Below, in pieces: positions 39,824-49,867 of a stretch of 64,000 bases of DNA. How positions within the stretch are numbered: the stretch's first letter is position 1; every line of letters starts with the position of its first letter. The notes beneath the pieces were generated by a model. The model had not been told where the DNA came from. It saw only the letters and a list, made by a program, of their open reading frames with translations, and did no database searches. The position numbers and the translations under genes are program-made. The stretch covers positions 103,419-167,418 of the forward strand of contig JBAXTD010000001.1 in assembly GCA_037130335.1 (NCBI GenBank). The letters run 5' to 3'. Source of the stretch: a bacterium. GTDB lineage: Bacteria > Patescibacteriota > Minisyncoccia > Phycocordibacterales > UBA9973.

Positions 39824-42337
39824 ATGGCTATATTACAGAATCTTTTTGGAGATAGTAAAATGAAGTTTGCAAACAGTGTAAAAGCGGTTGTGGCAGAAGT
39901 TGCATCATATGAAGACGAGCTCAAAACCCTTGAGGATACTGTATTTCCCGAAAAAACAGCAAATTTAAAACTACGATATAAAAACGGAGAAACGCTAGAC
40001 CAATTATTACCCGAAGCATTTGCGCTTGTGCGTGAAGCATCACGTCGTGCTATTGGTCAACGTCATTACGATGTACAAATTATTGGAGGTATTGCACTTC
40101 ATCGAGGCAACATTGCAGAGATGCGCACCGGTGAAGGAAAGACATTGGTAGCAACGCTTCCAGTGTATCTCAATGCGCTTGCTGGACGTGGCGTGCACGT
40201 CGTGACTGTGAATGATTATCTTTCACGTCGTGATGCGGTATGGATGAGTCAGGTGTATCATTTCCTCGGACTTTCTGTGGGTGTAATTAATTCACAAAAT
40301 ATTTCCTATGTATATGATCCTACACACACCGAAAAGCAAACTGAACAAGAAGGAGTTTCTGTATACAAAGTTGTATATGATTTTTTGCGACCATCATCGA
40401 GACGTGATGCATACAACGCAGATATTACGTATGGTACAAATAATGAATATGGTTTTGATTATTTGCGCGACAATTTAGCAACACATGCAGAAAATTTAGT
40501 TCAACGTGATCACTTTTTTGCTGTTGTAGATGAAATCGATTCAATTTTGATTGATGAAGCACGTACACCACTTATTGTTTCTTCTGATTCAGAAGAGTCA
40601 GGAAGTTTTTATAAAACATTTTCTGATATTGCTTCGCAAATGATTGCAGAAGAAGATTTTACTGTAGATGAAAAACGCAAAGCAATTTCGCTTACTGATG
40701 CAGGAATTTCAAAAGCAGAAGCAAAACTTGATATCAGTAATATTTACACCGAAAAAGGAATCAAATATGTTCATCATCTCGAAACCGCAGTGCGTGCAAA
40801 GGCATTGTTTATTCGCGATCGAGATTATGTTGTCAAAGATGGTGAGGTAATCATCGTCGACCCATTTACTGGACGTATGCAGCCGGGTCGTCGTTGGAAT
40901 GAAGGCTTGCATCAAGCAATCGAAGCCAAAGAAAGTGTAAAGATTCAAAAAGAAACTCGCACGAGTGCATCGATTACATTTCAAAATTATTTTAAATTCT
41001 ACGAGAAGCTTTGTGGAATGACAGGAACTGCACAAACAAGTGATGAAGAATTCCGTAAAGTATATGGCTTAACTGTTGCAGTAATTCCAACTCATCGCGA
41101 AATCAAACGTGTTGATCACAATGATTTAATTTTTCAAACAGAAAAGGGTAAATGGCAGGCGATTGCGCGCGAAGTCAAAGCTCGTCACGAAAAAGGTCAG
41201 CCAGTACTTATCGGTACGATTTCAATTGAACGCAATGAATTACTCTCTGCGTATTTGCGTGATGCAGGTGTGCCACATACGCTCCTTAATGCCAAGAACC
41301 ACGAAAAGGAAGGTGAGTTGATTGCTCAAGCAGGTAAGCGTGGAGCAGTAACTGTGGCGACAAACATGGCTGGACGTGGAATTGATATTATTTTAGGTGG
41401 TGTGCCAGCAACCGATGAATCAAAAGAAGAAATCCGTGCGCTTGGTGGATTGTATGTGCTGGGAACAGAACGTCACGAGGCACGTCGTATCGACAATCAG
41501 CTTCGCGGACGCGCAGGACGTCAGGGTGATCCAGGCGAGACACAATTTTTTGTTTCGCTCGAAGACGATCTCATGCGTGTGTTTGGATCTGACCGTATCA
41601 AAAACATGATGGGACGTTTTGGAATTCCAGAAGACCAACCAATCGAAAACAGCATGATTACAAGTGCACTTGAAACTGCTCAGAAAAAAATCGAAGGATT
41701 TCATTTCGATGCTCGTAAATACACACTCGAATACGACAACGTGCTTTCACATCAGCGTGGAATTATTTATTCTCGTCGTCGTACAATGCTTCTTTCCAAA
41801 AAGGAGGACATGCAGACATATCTCGATCAATTCATTGGCGTAGATTCACACGTCGCCACTCTCGTTTCTCAAAAACGAGCGGCATTTGGTGATGATGCGT
41901 TCTTTGAAACATTTCGTCGAATTGTGTTGTTTGTCACTGATACACTGTGGATTGAACATCTCGAGACAATGGAATATTTGCGTTCATCGGTAAATTTGCG
42001 TGCATATGGTGGACGCGAACCGCTTGTCGAGTATCAACGTGAAGGTTTGCGATTATTCAAAGATTTGGAAGCAAGTTTCCGTGAACAAGTAATTGATTTG
42101 GTTGAAAAAATGTCTGAGCAACCCGTGATGCAAAACACACCAATCGAAATTCCCACACCACAAACATTCACTGCAACTCACATGGAACCAGAGGAACTAA
42201 CCGGCAAAGTGGAAAAGAATTCTCCACTCGCACAAAATAATTCTCAATCAAAATCAGAATCAAAAGTAGGTAGAAACGACCCATGTCCATGCGGTAGCGG
42301 CAAAAAATACAAGAAGTGTCATATGAATGGGAACTAG
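39824..42337 (+). CDS. secA: Preprotein translocase ATPase SecA.
   Basis: N-terminus MAILQNLFGD...EMRTGEGKTLVATLP (Walker A), DEAD-like VDEIDSILIDEARTPLI, C-terminal zinc finger CPCGSGKKYKKCH. The last five codons lie inside the attL repeat. Confidence 0.95.
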   Translation: MAILQNLFGDSKMKFANSVKAVVAEVASYEDELKTLEDTVFPEKTANLKLRYKNGETLDQLLPEAFALVREASRRAIGQRHYDVQIIGGIALHRGNIAEMRTGEGKTLVATLPVYLNALAGRGVHVVTVNDYLSRRDAVWMSQVYHFLGLSVGVINSQNISYVYDPTHTEKQTEQEGVSVYKVVYDFLRPSSRRDAYNADITYGTNNEYGFDYLRDNLATHAENLVQRDHFFAVVDEIDSILIDEARTPLIVSSDSEESGSFYKTFSDIASQMIAEEDFTVDEKRKAISLTDAGISKAEAKLDISNIYTEKGIKYVHHLETAVRAKALFIRDRDYVVKDGEVIIVDPFTGRMQPGRRWNEGLHQAIEAKESVKIQKETRTSASITFQNYFKFYEKLCGMTGTAQTSDEEFRKVYGLTVAVIPTHREIKRVDHNDLIFQTEKGKWQAIAREVKARHEKGQPVLIGTISIERNELLSAYLRDAGVPHTLLNAKNHEKEGELIAQAGKRGAVTVATNMAGRGIDIILGGVPATDESKEEIRALGGLYVLGTERHEARRIDNQLRGRAGRQGDPGETQFFVSLEDDLMRVFGSDRIKNMMGRFGIPEDQPIENSMITSALETAQKKIEGFHFDARKYTLEYDNVLSHQRGIIYSRRRTMLLSKKEDMQTYLDQFIGVDSHVATLVSQKRAAFGDDAFFETFRRIVLFVTDTLWIEHLETMEYLRSSVNLRAYGGREPLVEYQREGLRLFKDLEASFREQVIDLVEKMSEQPVMQNTPIEIPTPQTFTATHMEPEELTGKVEKNSPLAQNNSQSKSESKVGRNDPCPCGSGKKYKKCHMNGN

Positions 42338-43914
42338 AAAATAAAGTCGATTTCTACCTTGTTGTCTCCGGCTCGAATCTCCTTGATAATACTGCGTAAA
42401 ATCATCTTTTTCTCATCCAGTTCCATCTTGTCCCAGCAGGCATCAAAATCCTTCAAAGAGGCCACTAATTTGCGTGTTACAGCCACTTTCTGTGCGGTAG
42501 TGGTTGAGAGTAGAGATAAGCGTTCCACCTCCACACGGCTTTTTTGGATTTCCTGCCTAATCCTTGAAATATGCGCATCCAGTTGCTCCAAGGTTTCGAC
42601 TCCTTTTTCATAAGCTTCTTGATGTCGTTGCTCTCTGGCTGGACCTGATTCAATATCTCGGTTTAATCGAGCAATCGTTTTTTCTCTGTCATTTTCTTCC
42701 TGGTTGCCAGCCGTATAAGTTATATTTTCTTGGACCTTGGGGTGCGAATACAGATTTTTTATATGATCCAAAACTGCGCCTTCCAACTTGTCGGCACTCA
42801 TCACTCTTTGAGAGCAAATGCCTTTGTATTTGTATCCCGTGCAGATATATTCAAAAGTCGTTGTATCTTTCCATTTTGGATTTTTGTCAGATCTCTTGTG
42901 GCGACGTTTTTGATAGCCAACGCCGCTCTTGCAGCGGATGCATTTTGCAATTCCGGTGAGAACCCCTAGGGACCTCCCAGCTCCGCCTTTTGCGTGCTTG
43001 GTCCTCCCAGCTCTAATTTCTTTGACGAGGTTAAAAATAGTTTCGTCTACGATGGGGGAGTGTTCGCCATTTCCCACATACCCAACCTTGCCACGTCTCT
43101 GCCATTCCTTATTTTTCTTGTAGTCGGCATGTCTCCAGCCCCACCACACTTTGCCTGTGTATGTCGGATTGGCCAAAATATATCTGATGGTTTGGATACT
43201 CCAATTTATTCCATTGGGAGCGCTCCATCCCTTTTTATTCATTTCGATCGCTATTTTTCTGTCGCCATTGCCCCGAGCATATTCATTGAAGATAAAGCGG
43301 ATTTTCTGCGCTTCATCCTCGTCAACGATGACCGTCCTTTTTATTTTATTACCCTCCAGTGTTCTTACGACTTTGTATCCGTAGGGCACGCGGTTTGGTA
43401 TTTTCCCTTCTTTCGCCTTTATCATTTTTCCGCCCTTCATTCGACGATTGATGGCCGTTCGTTCGAGATCGGCTTTCATGTCTGAGATTGTCTCCATGAT
43501 CGTCGCCGAATCATTGTCGTCTGGGTCGTACTCGCTGACCGACTTTGGCTCGACAGGGGTGTTGATCGAGTAGGTTTGAATCCCGAGCCCTTTTAGTTCT
43601 TGCCGGATGATGGCGGCCGCATCTTTGTTTCTGGCAAATCTGTCATAATCCTTTACTATGATGAGGTCAAATTTATGTTCTCGCGCATCCCGCATCATGG
43701 ACTGCAATCCATGTCGCTCCTCCGTCAAATGACCGCTCACTCCTTCGTCTGTGTATTCCTGAAAAAATATCCATCCCTTTTCAAGTATCACCTTGTGGCA
43801 ATCTCTAATTTGCTGGGGGATTGAAGTTTTTTTCTGAGCTTGCTCTTGAGTACTCACTCTTCCATACGGAGCGACTCTCAAGCTCGTATTCACTGCACCT
43901 GCATTTCTATCCAT
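42334..43914 (-). CDS. Large serine recombinase.
   Basis: N-terminal resolvase domain with the catalytic Ser in YGRVSTQEQ, plus a recombinase domain, Cys-rich zinc ribbon (CIRCKSG...C) and C-terminal coiled coil. Its stop overlaps the secA stop by 2 nt. Confidence 0.8.
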   Translation of the reverse strand: MDRNAGAVNTSLRVAPYGRVSTQEQAQKKTSIPQQIRDCHKVILEKGWIFFQEYTDEGVSGHLTEERHGLQSMMRDAREHKFDLIIVKDYDRFARNKDAAAIIRQELKGLGIQTYSINTPVEPKSVSEYDPDDNDSATIMETISDMKADLERTAINRRMKGGKMIKAKEGKIPNRVPYGYKVVRTLEGNKIKRTVIVDEDEAQKIRFIFNEYARGNGDRKIAIEMNKKGWSAPNGINWSIQTIRYILANPTYTGKVWWGWRHADYKKNKEWQRRGKVGYVGNGEHSPIVDETIFNLVKEIRAGRTKHAKGGAGRSLGVLTGIAKCIRCKSGVGYQKRRHKRSDKNPKWKDTTTFEYICTGYKYKGICSQRVMSADKLEGAVLDHIKNLYSHPKVQENITYTAGNQEENDREKTIARLNRDIESGPAREQRHQEAYEKGVETLEQLDAHISRIRQEIQKSRVEVERLSLLSTTTAQKVAVTRKLVASLKDFDACWDKMELDEKKMILRSIIKEIRAGDNKVEIDFIF

Positions 43915-44092
43915 TTTTAATTTCTAAAAATCGTAATTTTTTTAGTCCGGACATACTAAAAGGACGGTCCTGGCTGCCCAATATACTTGCTCCGTAGGAG
44001 TAGACATAGTGGCAGGACCGCCCTTTTAAGGTCGCTATATCTACTTTATTCCTACACTTTCGTATATCAGGCAGCATAAACATTATACCACA

Positions 44093-44296
44093 TTAAGCCT
44101 CTTTTTGGAGCTCTCTTTGGACGATTTTGTTGATAAGACTAGGCATCAATAGAGACAATTTTTCAGCAAGAGAGTCAACGTCCGTGCCAGCAAAAAATAC
44201 ATCCACAGATGGTCCGCTCTCATCATTGGTCGTATTCTTTTTGGCTGGTACGATTGAGGTCATGTAAGTGTTACTTGTCCTATTTATTTCTTGCAA
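44093..44296 (-). CDS. Hypothetical small protein (67 aa).
   Basis: ORF overlapping the integrase 3' end by 17 nt. No domain. Confidence 0.25.
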   Translation of the reverse strand: MQEINRTSNTYMTSIVPAKKNTTNDESGPSVDVFFAGTDVDSLAEKLSLLMPSLINKIVQRELQKEA

Positions 44297-45392
44297 GAAT
44301 GTCTCGAAAAACCCGAAGTTCTTCTTCGGTCAGGGAACCGTCCTTGTGTTCTCCTTGTGAATTCTTCAGGCTTTTGACGATTCTGATGGCCTCGTTCGCG
44401 GTCATGTTGCCGTACCCATACGAACCGAATGTCGTGGCGACATCTTCGTGTCCCAAGTTGAGGCTGACTGCCTTCTTTTCCTCCTCGGTCAGTCGCTTCT
44501 TGCTCACGATTGCCACCGCCAAATTCCTGAACGAGTGTGGATGATAGTAAGGCATACCGGCTGAGAGGTATCGTTTCTGGAGAATCTTCCGCGCCGATCC
44601 GGAACTGCTCCAAAAATCTGTACCGATCGTTCCTCTGCTGTAAGCGCTCTCGCCAGTTTCAAGATCATTCTGTGTTGTAGGGAAAATCGGATCGTCCGGT
44701 CCGAAGCTCTTCGACTCCAGATATTCGTACCACTCCACGAAGTACCGCTCCGGGTCGTCCCAGCCGAGAGGGAAAAACGTACACAGGATACGTTTCGAGC
44801 TTTTGGTTTTGACGCCGTCCGCGGGGTTCTGGTCGATAACTTTTTCCTGTTTATCAAAACTCTTCATCTTGAGCGTAATGATTGCCGAAATGCGGGCACC
44901 TACCGTAAAGGCAAAACAGATGAGCGCTCGATCGCGCATGTCTATCTCATTTTTGATTTCAATGCCCTCTATGAGCTTCCGGATTTCCTCGAATGTGGGA
45001 ATCTTTTTGGTTGTGCTCTGTCGGGCGATGCGAGTATCCTTTTTGGAAAGACGTAAGTATTCAATATCGCCTTTTGCCATCTTGCTTTTGTACCCTGGCT
45101 GGTCGGAGAGCCATTCGAAAAACTTCTTTACACGGCGGAGATAGTTGTATCGGGTGACAATAGCGATTTTTCCCGTCGGAGTTTTTGACGATTTTGTCTC
45201 AAGCCACTCGACGAACGCCGTCGCCTTCATTTTGTTGAAATTGGCGAAGTCCTCGTTCCCTGTAAAAAGTTGCCACTTGGCAATCGCTCCAGCAAAGACG
45301 AGGATAGAGCCCTTGGTGAACCCTCGGGCACCCAGGAGTTGCTCTAAAAAGTCCCGCTTCGCCTTTTCATTTTCGTATGGTATGTCTGTCAT
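44280..45392 (-). CDS. Tyrosine recombinase / phage-type integrase.
   Basis: SAM-like N-domain. Catalytic R...HPHSFRN...LGHEDVATTFGSYGY (R, HxxR, Y). Confidence 0.8.
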   Translation of the reverse strand: MTDIPYENEKAKRDFLEQLLGARGFTKGSILVFAGAIAKWQLFTGNEDFANFNKMKATAFVEWLETKSSKTPTGKIAIVTRYNYLRRVKKFFEWLSDQPGYKSKMAKGDIEYLRLSKKDTRIARQSTTKKIPTFEEIRKLIEGIEIKNEIDMRDRALICFAFTVGARISAIITLKMKSFDKQEKVIDQNPADGVKTKSSKRILCTFFPLGWDDPERYFVEWYEYLESKSFGPDDPIFPTTQNDLETGESAYSRGTIGTDFWSSSGSARKILQKRYLSAGMPYYHPHSFRNLAVAIVSKKRLTEEEKKAVSLNLGHEDVATTFGSYGYGNMTANEAIRIVKSLKNSQGEHKDGSLTEEELRVFRDILARNK

Positions 45393-45398
45393 AGCCTG

Positions 45399-45632
45399 TT
45401 ATTTCAGTGGTAACGGGGTCGGTTTGAGCGGTTTCAGGGTTTTTGCCATTCTTTCCAAGAGCATGATGTTGGGCAGTAGGTCATTCGCCGCCTGAAACTG
45501 CTTTTTCTTGACGCAAACTTTTTGGATTTTTTTGAGATGTTCGATTTCCGACTCAAGCGCGGAGAGAACGTATGGGATATTTTTAAGACTGATGTTGAGG
45601 CTTATTTTTTCTTCGGTTGATGGAGTTTCCAT
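45399..45632 (-). CDS. Hypothetical small protein (77 aa).
   Basis: Lies between the xis-like gene and the integrase. Confidence 0.3.
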   Translation of the reverse strand: METPSTEEKISLNISLKNIPYVLSALESEIEHLKKIQKVCVKKKQFQAANDLLPNIMLLERMAKTLKPLKPTPLPLK

Positions 45633-45776
45633 GGTGTTAATTTCTGAGATTTTGTTTGTAATAATGCTCGACTGTTTGATTCATTTTTGCTGACTATTTT
45701 TGTCGTGATTTCGGTATGTGCGCCCACGGTTCATAACAGACATTTACGTTAGAAGAGAGGGTATACCATAGTCCTT

Positions 45777-46130
45777 TCAGGAGGGTCTGATTGTCCGGCT
45801 CATCTTCCTGTTGCAGACACGGCATTCGCCTGTTTTTCGGTTCGCCAATTTTCTAATCGTGCCCCGTTTTGCTAGTCGTGCGGCTCTGCATTTGAAGCAG
45901 TAAAACTCACACCGCTTCAACTTCACTTTTTTCTTGGAATCTTTTTTTCGCAAAAATTCTTTGATGTCGGAGCCCAGCAGGAGGATCGGTTTCTTGCTTC
46001 CTTGGACGATTGGCAGGCCGCTCTCGATCCAGCGTGAAATGGTTTTTTCAGTGGCGTCCACATCGTTCGATAGTTCTTTGATCGTGTAACTGATATGGTC
46101 ATATATTTTTTGACGGTTTATCCGTGTCAT
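45777..46130 (-). CDS. Excisionase-like HTH DNA-binding protein with a C-terminal zinc ribbon.
   Basis: YTIKELSNDVDATEKTISRWIESGLPIV HTH (Xis/MerR-type), plus CEFYCFKC...CRVC. Confidence 0.5.
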   Translation of the reverse strand: MTRINRQKIYDHISYTIKELSNDVDATEKTISRWIESGLPIVQGSKKPILLLGSDIKEFLRKKDSKKKVKLKRCEFYCFKCRAARLAKRGTIRKLANRKTGECRVCNRKMSRTIRPS

Positions 46131-46141
46131 CGGATTCCGCT

Positions 46142-46426
46142 CTATTCCGAGTAGAGTTTGTTCTTTAGCGCCTTCATGTGGTCAAAATACGACCGGGCTT
46201 TGACCTCCAAGCGGTTCGAGAAATACTTGTCAGTTACTTCCTCGATGCCACTTTCCTTTTTGAACATAAACAGAGCTTTGCGCGGATTGCTTTTTTCAAC
46301 CGCTACAAGCTCAAAATCCGCACATAGGAGTGCGGCTGATACACCGAGGTCGTACGTTGTCCACACGAAATCGGGGTCATCGAGCGGGATGGACCCGCGA
46401 GATGCTTTCTTTGCTTTGTTACTCAT
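46142..46426 (-). CDS. Hypothetical protein (94 aa).
   Basis: Immediately downstream of the 582-aa gene on the same strand. Confidence 0.35.
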   Translation of the reverse strand: MSNKAKKASRGSIPLDDPDFVWTTYDLGVSAALLCADFELVAVEKSNPRKALFMFKKESGIEEVTDKYFSNRLEVKARSYFDHMKALKNKLYSE

Positions 46427-46597
46427 CGTAATTTTAGCTAGGTTTTGTAATATGAGAGTGTTCCTGCTCTCAATTACAGTTTTGATTTTTTGGAATGTTC
46501 TGCGTATTTCTTGTGATTTCTTGGAAACGCAAAATCCACCTTTATTTCAAAGGTGGATTTTTTCTAGAGAGAGCGATTTTTCAAGAAGTCACAGGAT

Positions 46598-48346
46598 TTA
46601 GCCCATCTTGTTATTGAAGCTCACTCCGACGGCTCGTACTATCTTGATGAGTGGTTTTCCATTATCTTCCGTTTTTGCTATTTCGGCGTATCGTAGAAAT
46701 CCGTTGCTCTTATCGGTGAGATTCGTTTGTATGAACTTCCGCATTTCCTCGTCATTTTTCGATTTTAATTTCGGAATCCGGCTCTTTACTTCGGCGAATA
46801 GTTCCTCATATTTTATCTCTCCGCCCTCGGGTCGGGTCGCATATAAAGCGCTGAATGTCTTGTAGTAATCAGCATCTTTTGAAAGGCCAAGCACGCCGCC
46901 CTTATACTTAAAATCGTCGCCATTTTTTGTGATATAAAAAAGATTTTGCGGATTTTTTTCGTACTTATTTAGTACCTCAATTTTCATTACGCCATCTTTT
47001 TCGGGAGTGACTTTTTTAGTCCTTTGCTCTGAAATGAGCTTTGTTATCTCTTCGAGCTGTTTTTCTTCGTCTGTCATTTCAGATTTTTCCTCGCCAAGAA
47101 TACATAATTTTGTAATCTCGCTATGCGTGCTATACAGCGATGGCCTGATTGTATCCCAAGACAGAACAGGACCAAGCGTCTCCGTCGGATTTTTAGGGTC
47201 GCCGTTCCATTCCATTTCGGCAGAATACAGATCGCCCTTAAATTGCTTGCAAGGATTGATACGATAGTGTTTCAAGGACAAACCGCGCGTGATGGTTTCG
47301 ATTTTATTTTTGAGCAAAAGGTAGGCGCTGTTCAGCTCCTTTGTGGGGTGGGTGATGTTCTCGCAAAAAATCTCAAGAATATCCATATATGCCTGGTGGT
47401 GTTTTCTCAATTCCTCGATTACATCTTTTTTTGCGAGCGCTGTCGCTTTGTCCTGCAAAATATCTTTTTCCTCCCATTCGAGTAAGACGTCGTCTGGTAA
47501 AATTGGCTGTTCTTCAAAACTTGTTATGATGTACTCGTTCCCGAGACGCTCGACAAGAAAATTATCATATTTCAAATACTTTTCTAGTTTTACAGCAAGC
47601 TCATCCGTCCTCTTCTCGTTGGCGTTGTGATTGAGCGGATGGAGGAGTGTTGTGATTATTTCTTTGATGGTCCAGTTTGCGTTGATGGCTTTTTTACGGA
47701 TAGTTTGTAGAACATCGTCAAAGTTGTAAAAAGAATTTTCTTCAAACAAGTCATCCACTAAGTAGGCGTGGATTACTTTTTGATTATAGAGCGCAGGTTC
47801 CTCCTCTATGATCGGTGATATAATTTTTCTTATAGCAAAATTGGTGAGGTAATTGTTGATTTCCTCCGCGACCAATTCAAGAACCTTCTCGCTGAAAGTG
47901 CCACTATTTATATCGGGCAATTCTTTGACTTCATCTTTTGTTGTTTCTTCCGAATTGATTTCCTCGGTGTCGTCGGTGATCGGCACGATTTTTGCAATGC
48001 GTTCGTCTGATTGTATCCGTAGGTTTTCGTAAGAAAGTACCTGGTTTAGCCCGTCAATAAAATTTTTTCGTAATTGCAAATCGGTGAAATTTAGTGGATG
48101 ACAAAACTCTTCAAGAACGCTAAAAAGTCCATCCTCTGTCGGTATTTTACCGAACGCATCAAGTGTTATTCGCCATTTGGCGTAGAGTGCTACGTCGGTA
48201 GAGATATGAGCATCCGTAAAGACATTCACGATCTCGTTTGTCGTAAATTGTCCCGCTATTAAGCGAGCGATTTTTTCTTTGACTCGAACACTGATTTTCA
48301 TAGTTGAGAGTAATAGTAATTTTCTTGCACAATTGAATCCTAGCAT
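46598..48346 (-). CDS. Large uncharacterised island cargo protein (582 aa, mostly helical).
   Basis: No recognisable catalytic motifs. Divergently transcribed from the AbiE pair. Confidence 0.5.
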   Translation of the reverse strand: MLGFNCARKLLLLSTMKISVRVKEKIARLIAGQFTTNEIVNVFTDAHISTDVALYAKWRITLDAFGKIPTEDGLFSVLEEFCHPLNFTDLQLRKNFIDGLNQVLSYENLRIQSDERIAKIVPITDDTEEINSEETTKDEVKELPDINSGTFSEKVLELVAEEINNYLTNFAIRKIISPIIEEEPALYNQKVIHAYLVDDLFEENSFYNFDDVLQTIRKKAINANWTIKEIITTLLHPLNHNANEKRTDELAVKLEKYLKYDNFLVERLGNEYIITSFEEQPILPDDVLLEWEEKDILQDKATALAKKDVIEELRKHHQAYMDILEIFCENITHPTKELNSAYLLLKNKIETITRGLSLKHYRINPCKQFKGDLYSAEMEWNGDPKNPTETLGPVLSWDTIRPSLYSTHSEITKLCILGEEKSEMTDEEKQLEEITKLISEQRTKKVTPEKDGVMKIEVLNKYEKNPQNLFYITKNGDDFKYKGGVLGLSKDADYYKTFSALYATRPEGGEIKYEELFAEVKSRIPKLKSKNDEEMRKFIQTNLTDKSNGFLRYAEIAKTEDNGKPLIKIVRAVGVSFNNKMG

Positions 48347-48456
48347 CTTTTTCTATGAAAACTAAGTGTTTTTTGTTGTTCTCAAAACTTGCTGTTATTT
48401 TAAGATATGCTAAACTGTTTCCAAAGAGTGCTATAAATAGCATCTTTTGGAAATAT

Positions 48457-49083
48457 ATGCAATATCAAGAATTACGTCAAAAACTCAAGGATTTCAGTGT
48501 TTTTTCGCTTTCAGACATTCGAAAGATCGAATCTGATTTTCATCGTCGTCGCTTGAATGAATGGCAAGAAAAGGGTTATATCAAGAAGCTCCGTCGCGGA
48601 TACTATATTTTCTCCGATCTCTTAATCTCCGAAGAGACGCTTTTTCTCATTGCCAATCGTCTTTATAATCCCTCGTACGTATCACTTGAGATGGCGATGT
48701 CGCGCTACGGATTGATTCCTGAGTCGGTCTATGGCGTGACTTCAGTTGGGAGTAAAAAGACCGCCGATTTTAAGACACCGATAGCAACTTTTCTATATCG
48801 CAGTATCAAGCCGTCGCTTCTTTTTGGCTACAAGCTGGAAGGAACAAAGAAGCAGAAATATAAGATCGCCGAGATTGAAAAGGCGGTGTTAGATTATCTC
48901 TATTTCAACAAACATTTATCCGCTGACGATGATTTTGAGGGGATACGTTTCAATGGCGAGGAGTTTCTAAAAAAGGCTGATATGTTGAAGTTCGAGCGAT
49001 ACCTCAGAGTATTCAAGAATAAAAATTTAACAGAGCGGGCTGGTGCGCTTATCAATTATATAAAGAATAACAACCATGCTTAG
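48457..49083 (+). CDS. AbiEi-family antitoxin / transcriptional regulator (type IV TA / Abi).
   Basis: N-terminal wHTH MQYQELRQKLKDFSVFSLSDIRKIE...GYIKKLRRGYYIFSD typical of the AbiEi N-domain. Start placed at the internal ATG 48457. Confidence 0.65.
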   Translation: MQYQELRQKLKDFSVFSLSDIRKIESDFHRRRLNEWQEKGYIKKLRRGYYIFSDLLISEETLFLIANRLYNPSYVSLEMAMSRYGLIPESVYGVTSVGSKKTADFKTPIATFLYRSIKPSLLFGYKLEGTKKQKYKIAEIEKAVLDYLYFNKHLSADDDFEGIRFNGEEFLKKADMLKFERYLRVFKNKNLTERAGALINYIKNNNHA

Positions 49084-49852
49084 CCTTCAAGAAATCGAAG
49101 TTCAGTATCCAGAAAACCTACGCCCCTTCAAGCGCAACATTTTGCGTGAGTATTTGCAATACAAGATTTTGGAGATCATCTTCAAATCGTCTCACGCGGC
49201 TAAGCTTTCCTTTCTCGGGGGTACGGCGCTCCGAATCGTCCACAACAACAGTCGCTTCTCGGAGGATCTTGATTTTGATAACTTCGGGCTGGAAGAGAGT
49301 GAGTTCAATGCTATCGCCGAAGAGGTAAAAGCAGGGCTCGATGCTCTTGGATTGAAGACGGAAATCAATACTGTGATGAAGGGAGCATATCGTTGCAACG
49401 TCAGACTTCCTGAAGTGCTTTTTGTGAATGAACTATCTCCCTTGCAAGAGGAAAAGATATTGATCCAGATCGACACGGTCCCACACCAGTATCCATATAC
49501 GCCTGACAAAAAAATCCTCAACAAGTTTGACGTGTTTTCGGAGATCTTTGTCACGCCCGTGTCGCTCTTGCTTTCACAAAAAATCTGGGCTGCCATCAAT
49601 CGCAAGCGAGCAAAGGGTCGTGATTTCTACGACATCGTCTTTCTCTTTTCTTTCACTAAACCTGAGTACCCGTATTTGATGCAGAAGATCGGTGCGGGCG
49701 ATGGGGAAGCGGTTCGACAAAAGCTACTCGACTCTATCCAAGACCTAGATTTTAAGATGCTTGCTGACGATGTTCGTCCGTTCCTATTCAATCCGGCTGA
49801 TGCACAGAAGGTTGAGCTTTTCAGGGAATTTGTAGTTCAAGTAGAGTTTTAG
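49076..49852 (+). CDS. AbiEii/AbiGii-family nucleotidyltransferase toxin (DUF1814).
   Basis: LREYLQYKILEIIFKS...LSFLGGTALRIVHNNSRFSEDLDFDNFG is the hallmark N-terminus. Overlaps AbiEi by 8 nt. Confidence 0.7.
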   Translation: MLSLQEIEVQYPENLRPFKRNILREYLQYKILEIIFKSSHAAKLSFLGGTALRIVHNNSRFSEDLDFDNFGLEESEFNAIAEEVKAGLDALGLKTEINTVMKGAYRCNVRLPEVLFVNELSPLQEEKILIQIDTVPHQYPYTPDKKILNKFDVFSEIFVTPVSLLLSQKIWAAINRKRAKGRDFYDIVFLFSFTKPEYPYLMQKIGAGDGEAVRQKLLDSIQDLDFKMLADDVRPFLFNPADAQKVELFREFVVQVEF

Positions 49853-49867
49853 TATAATTGCAAATAT

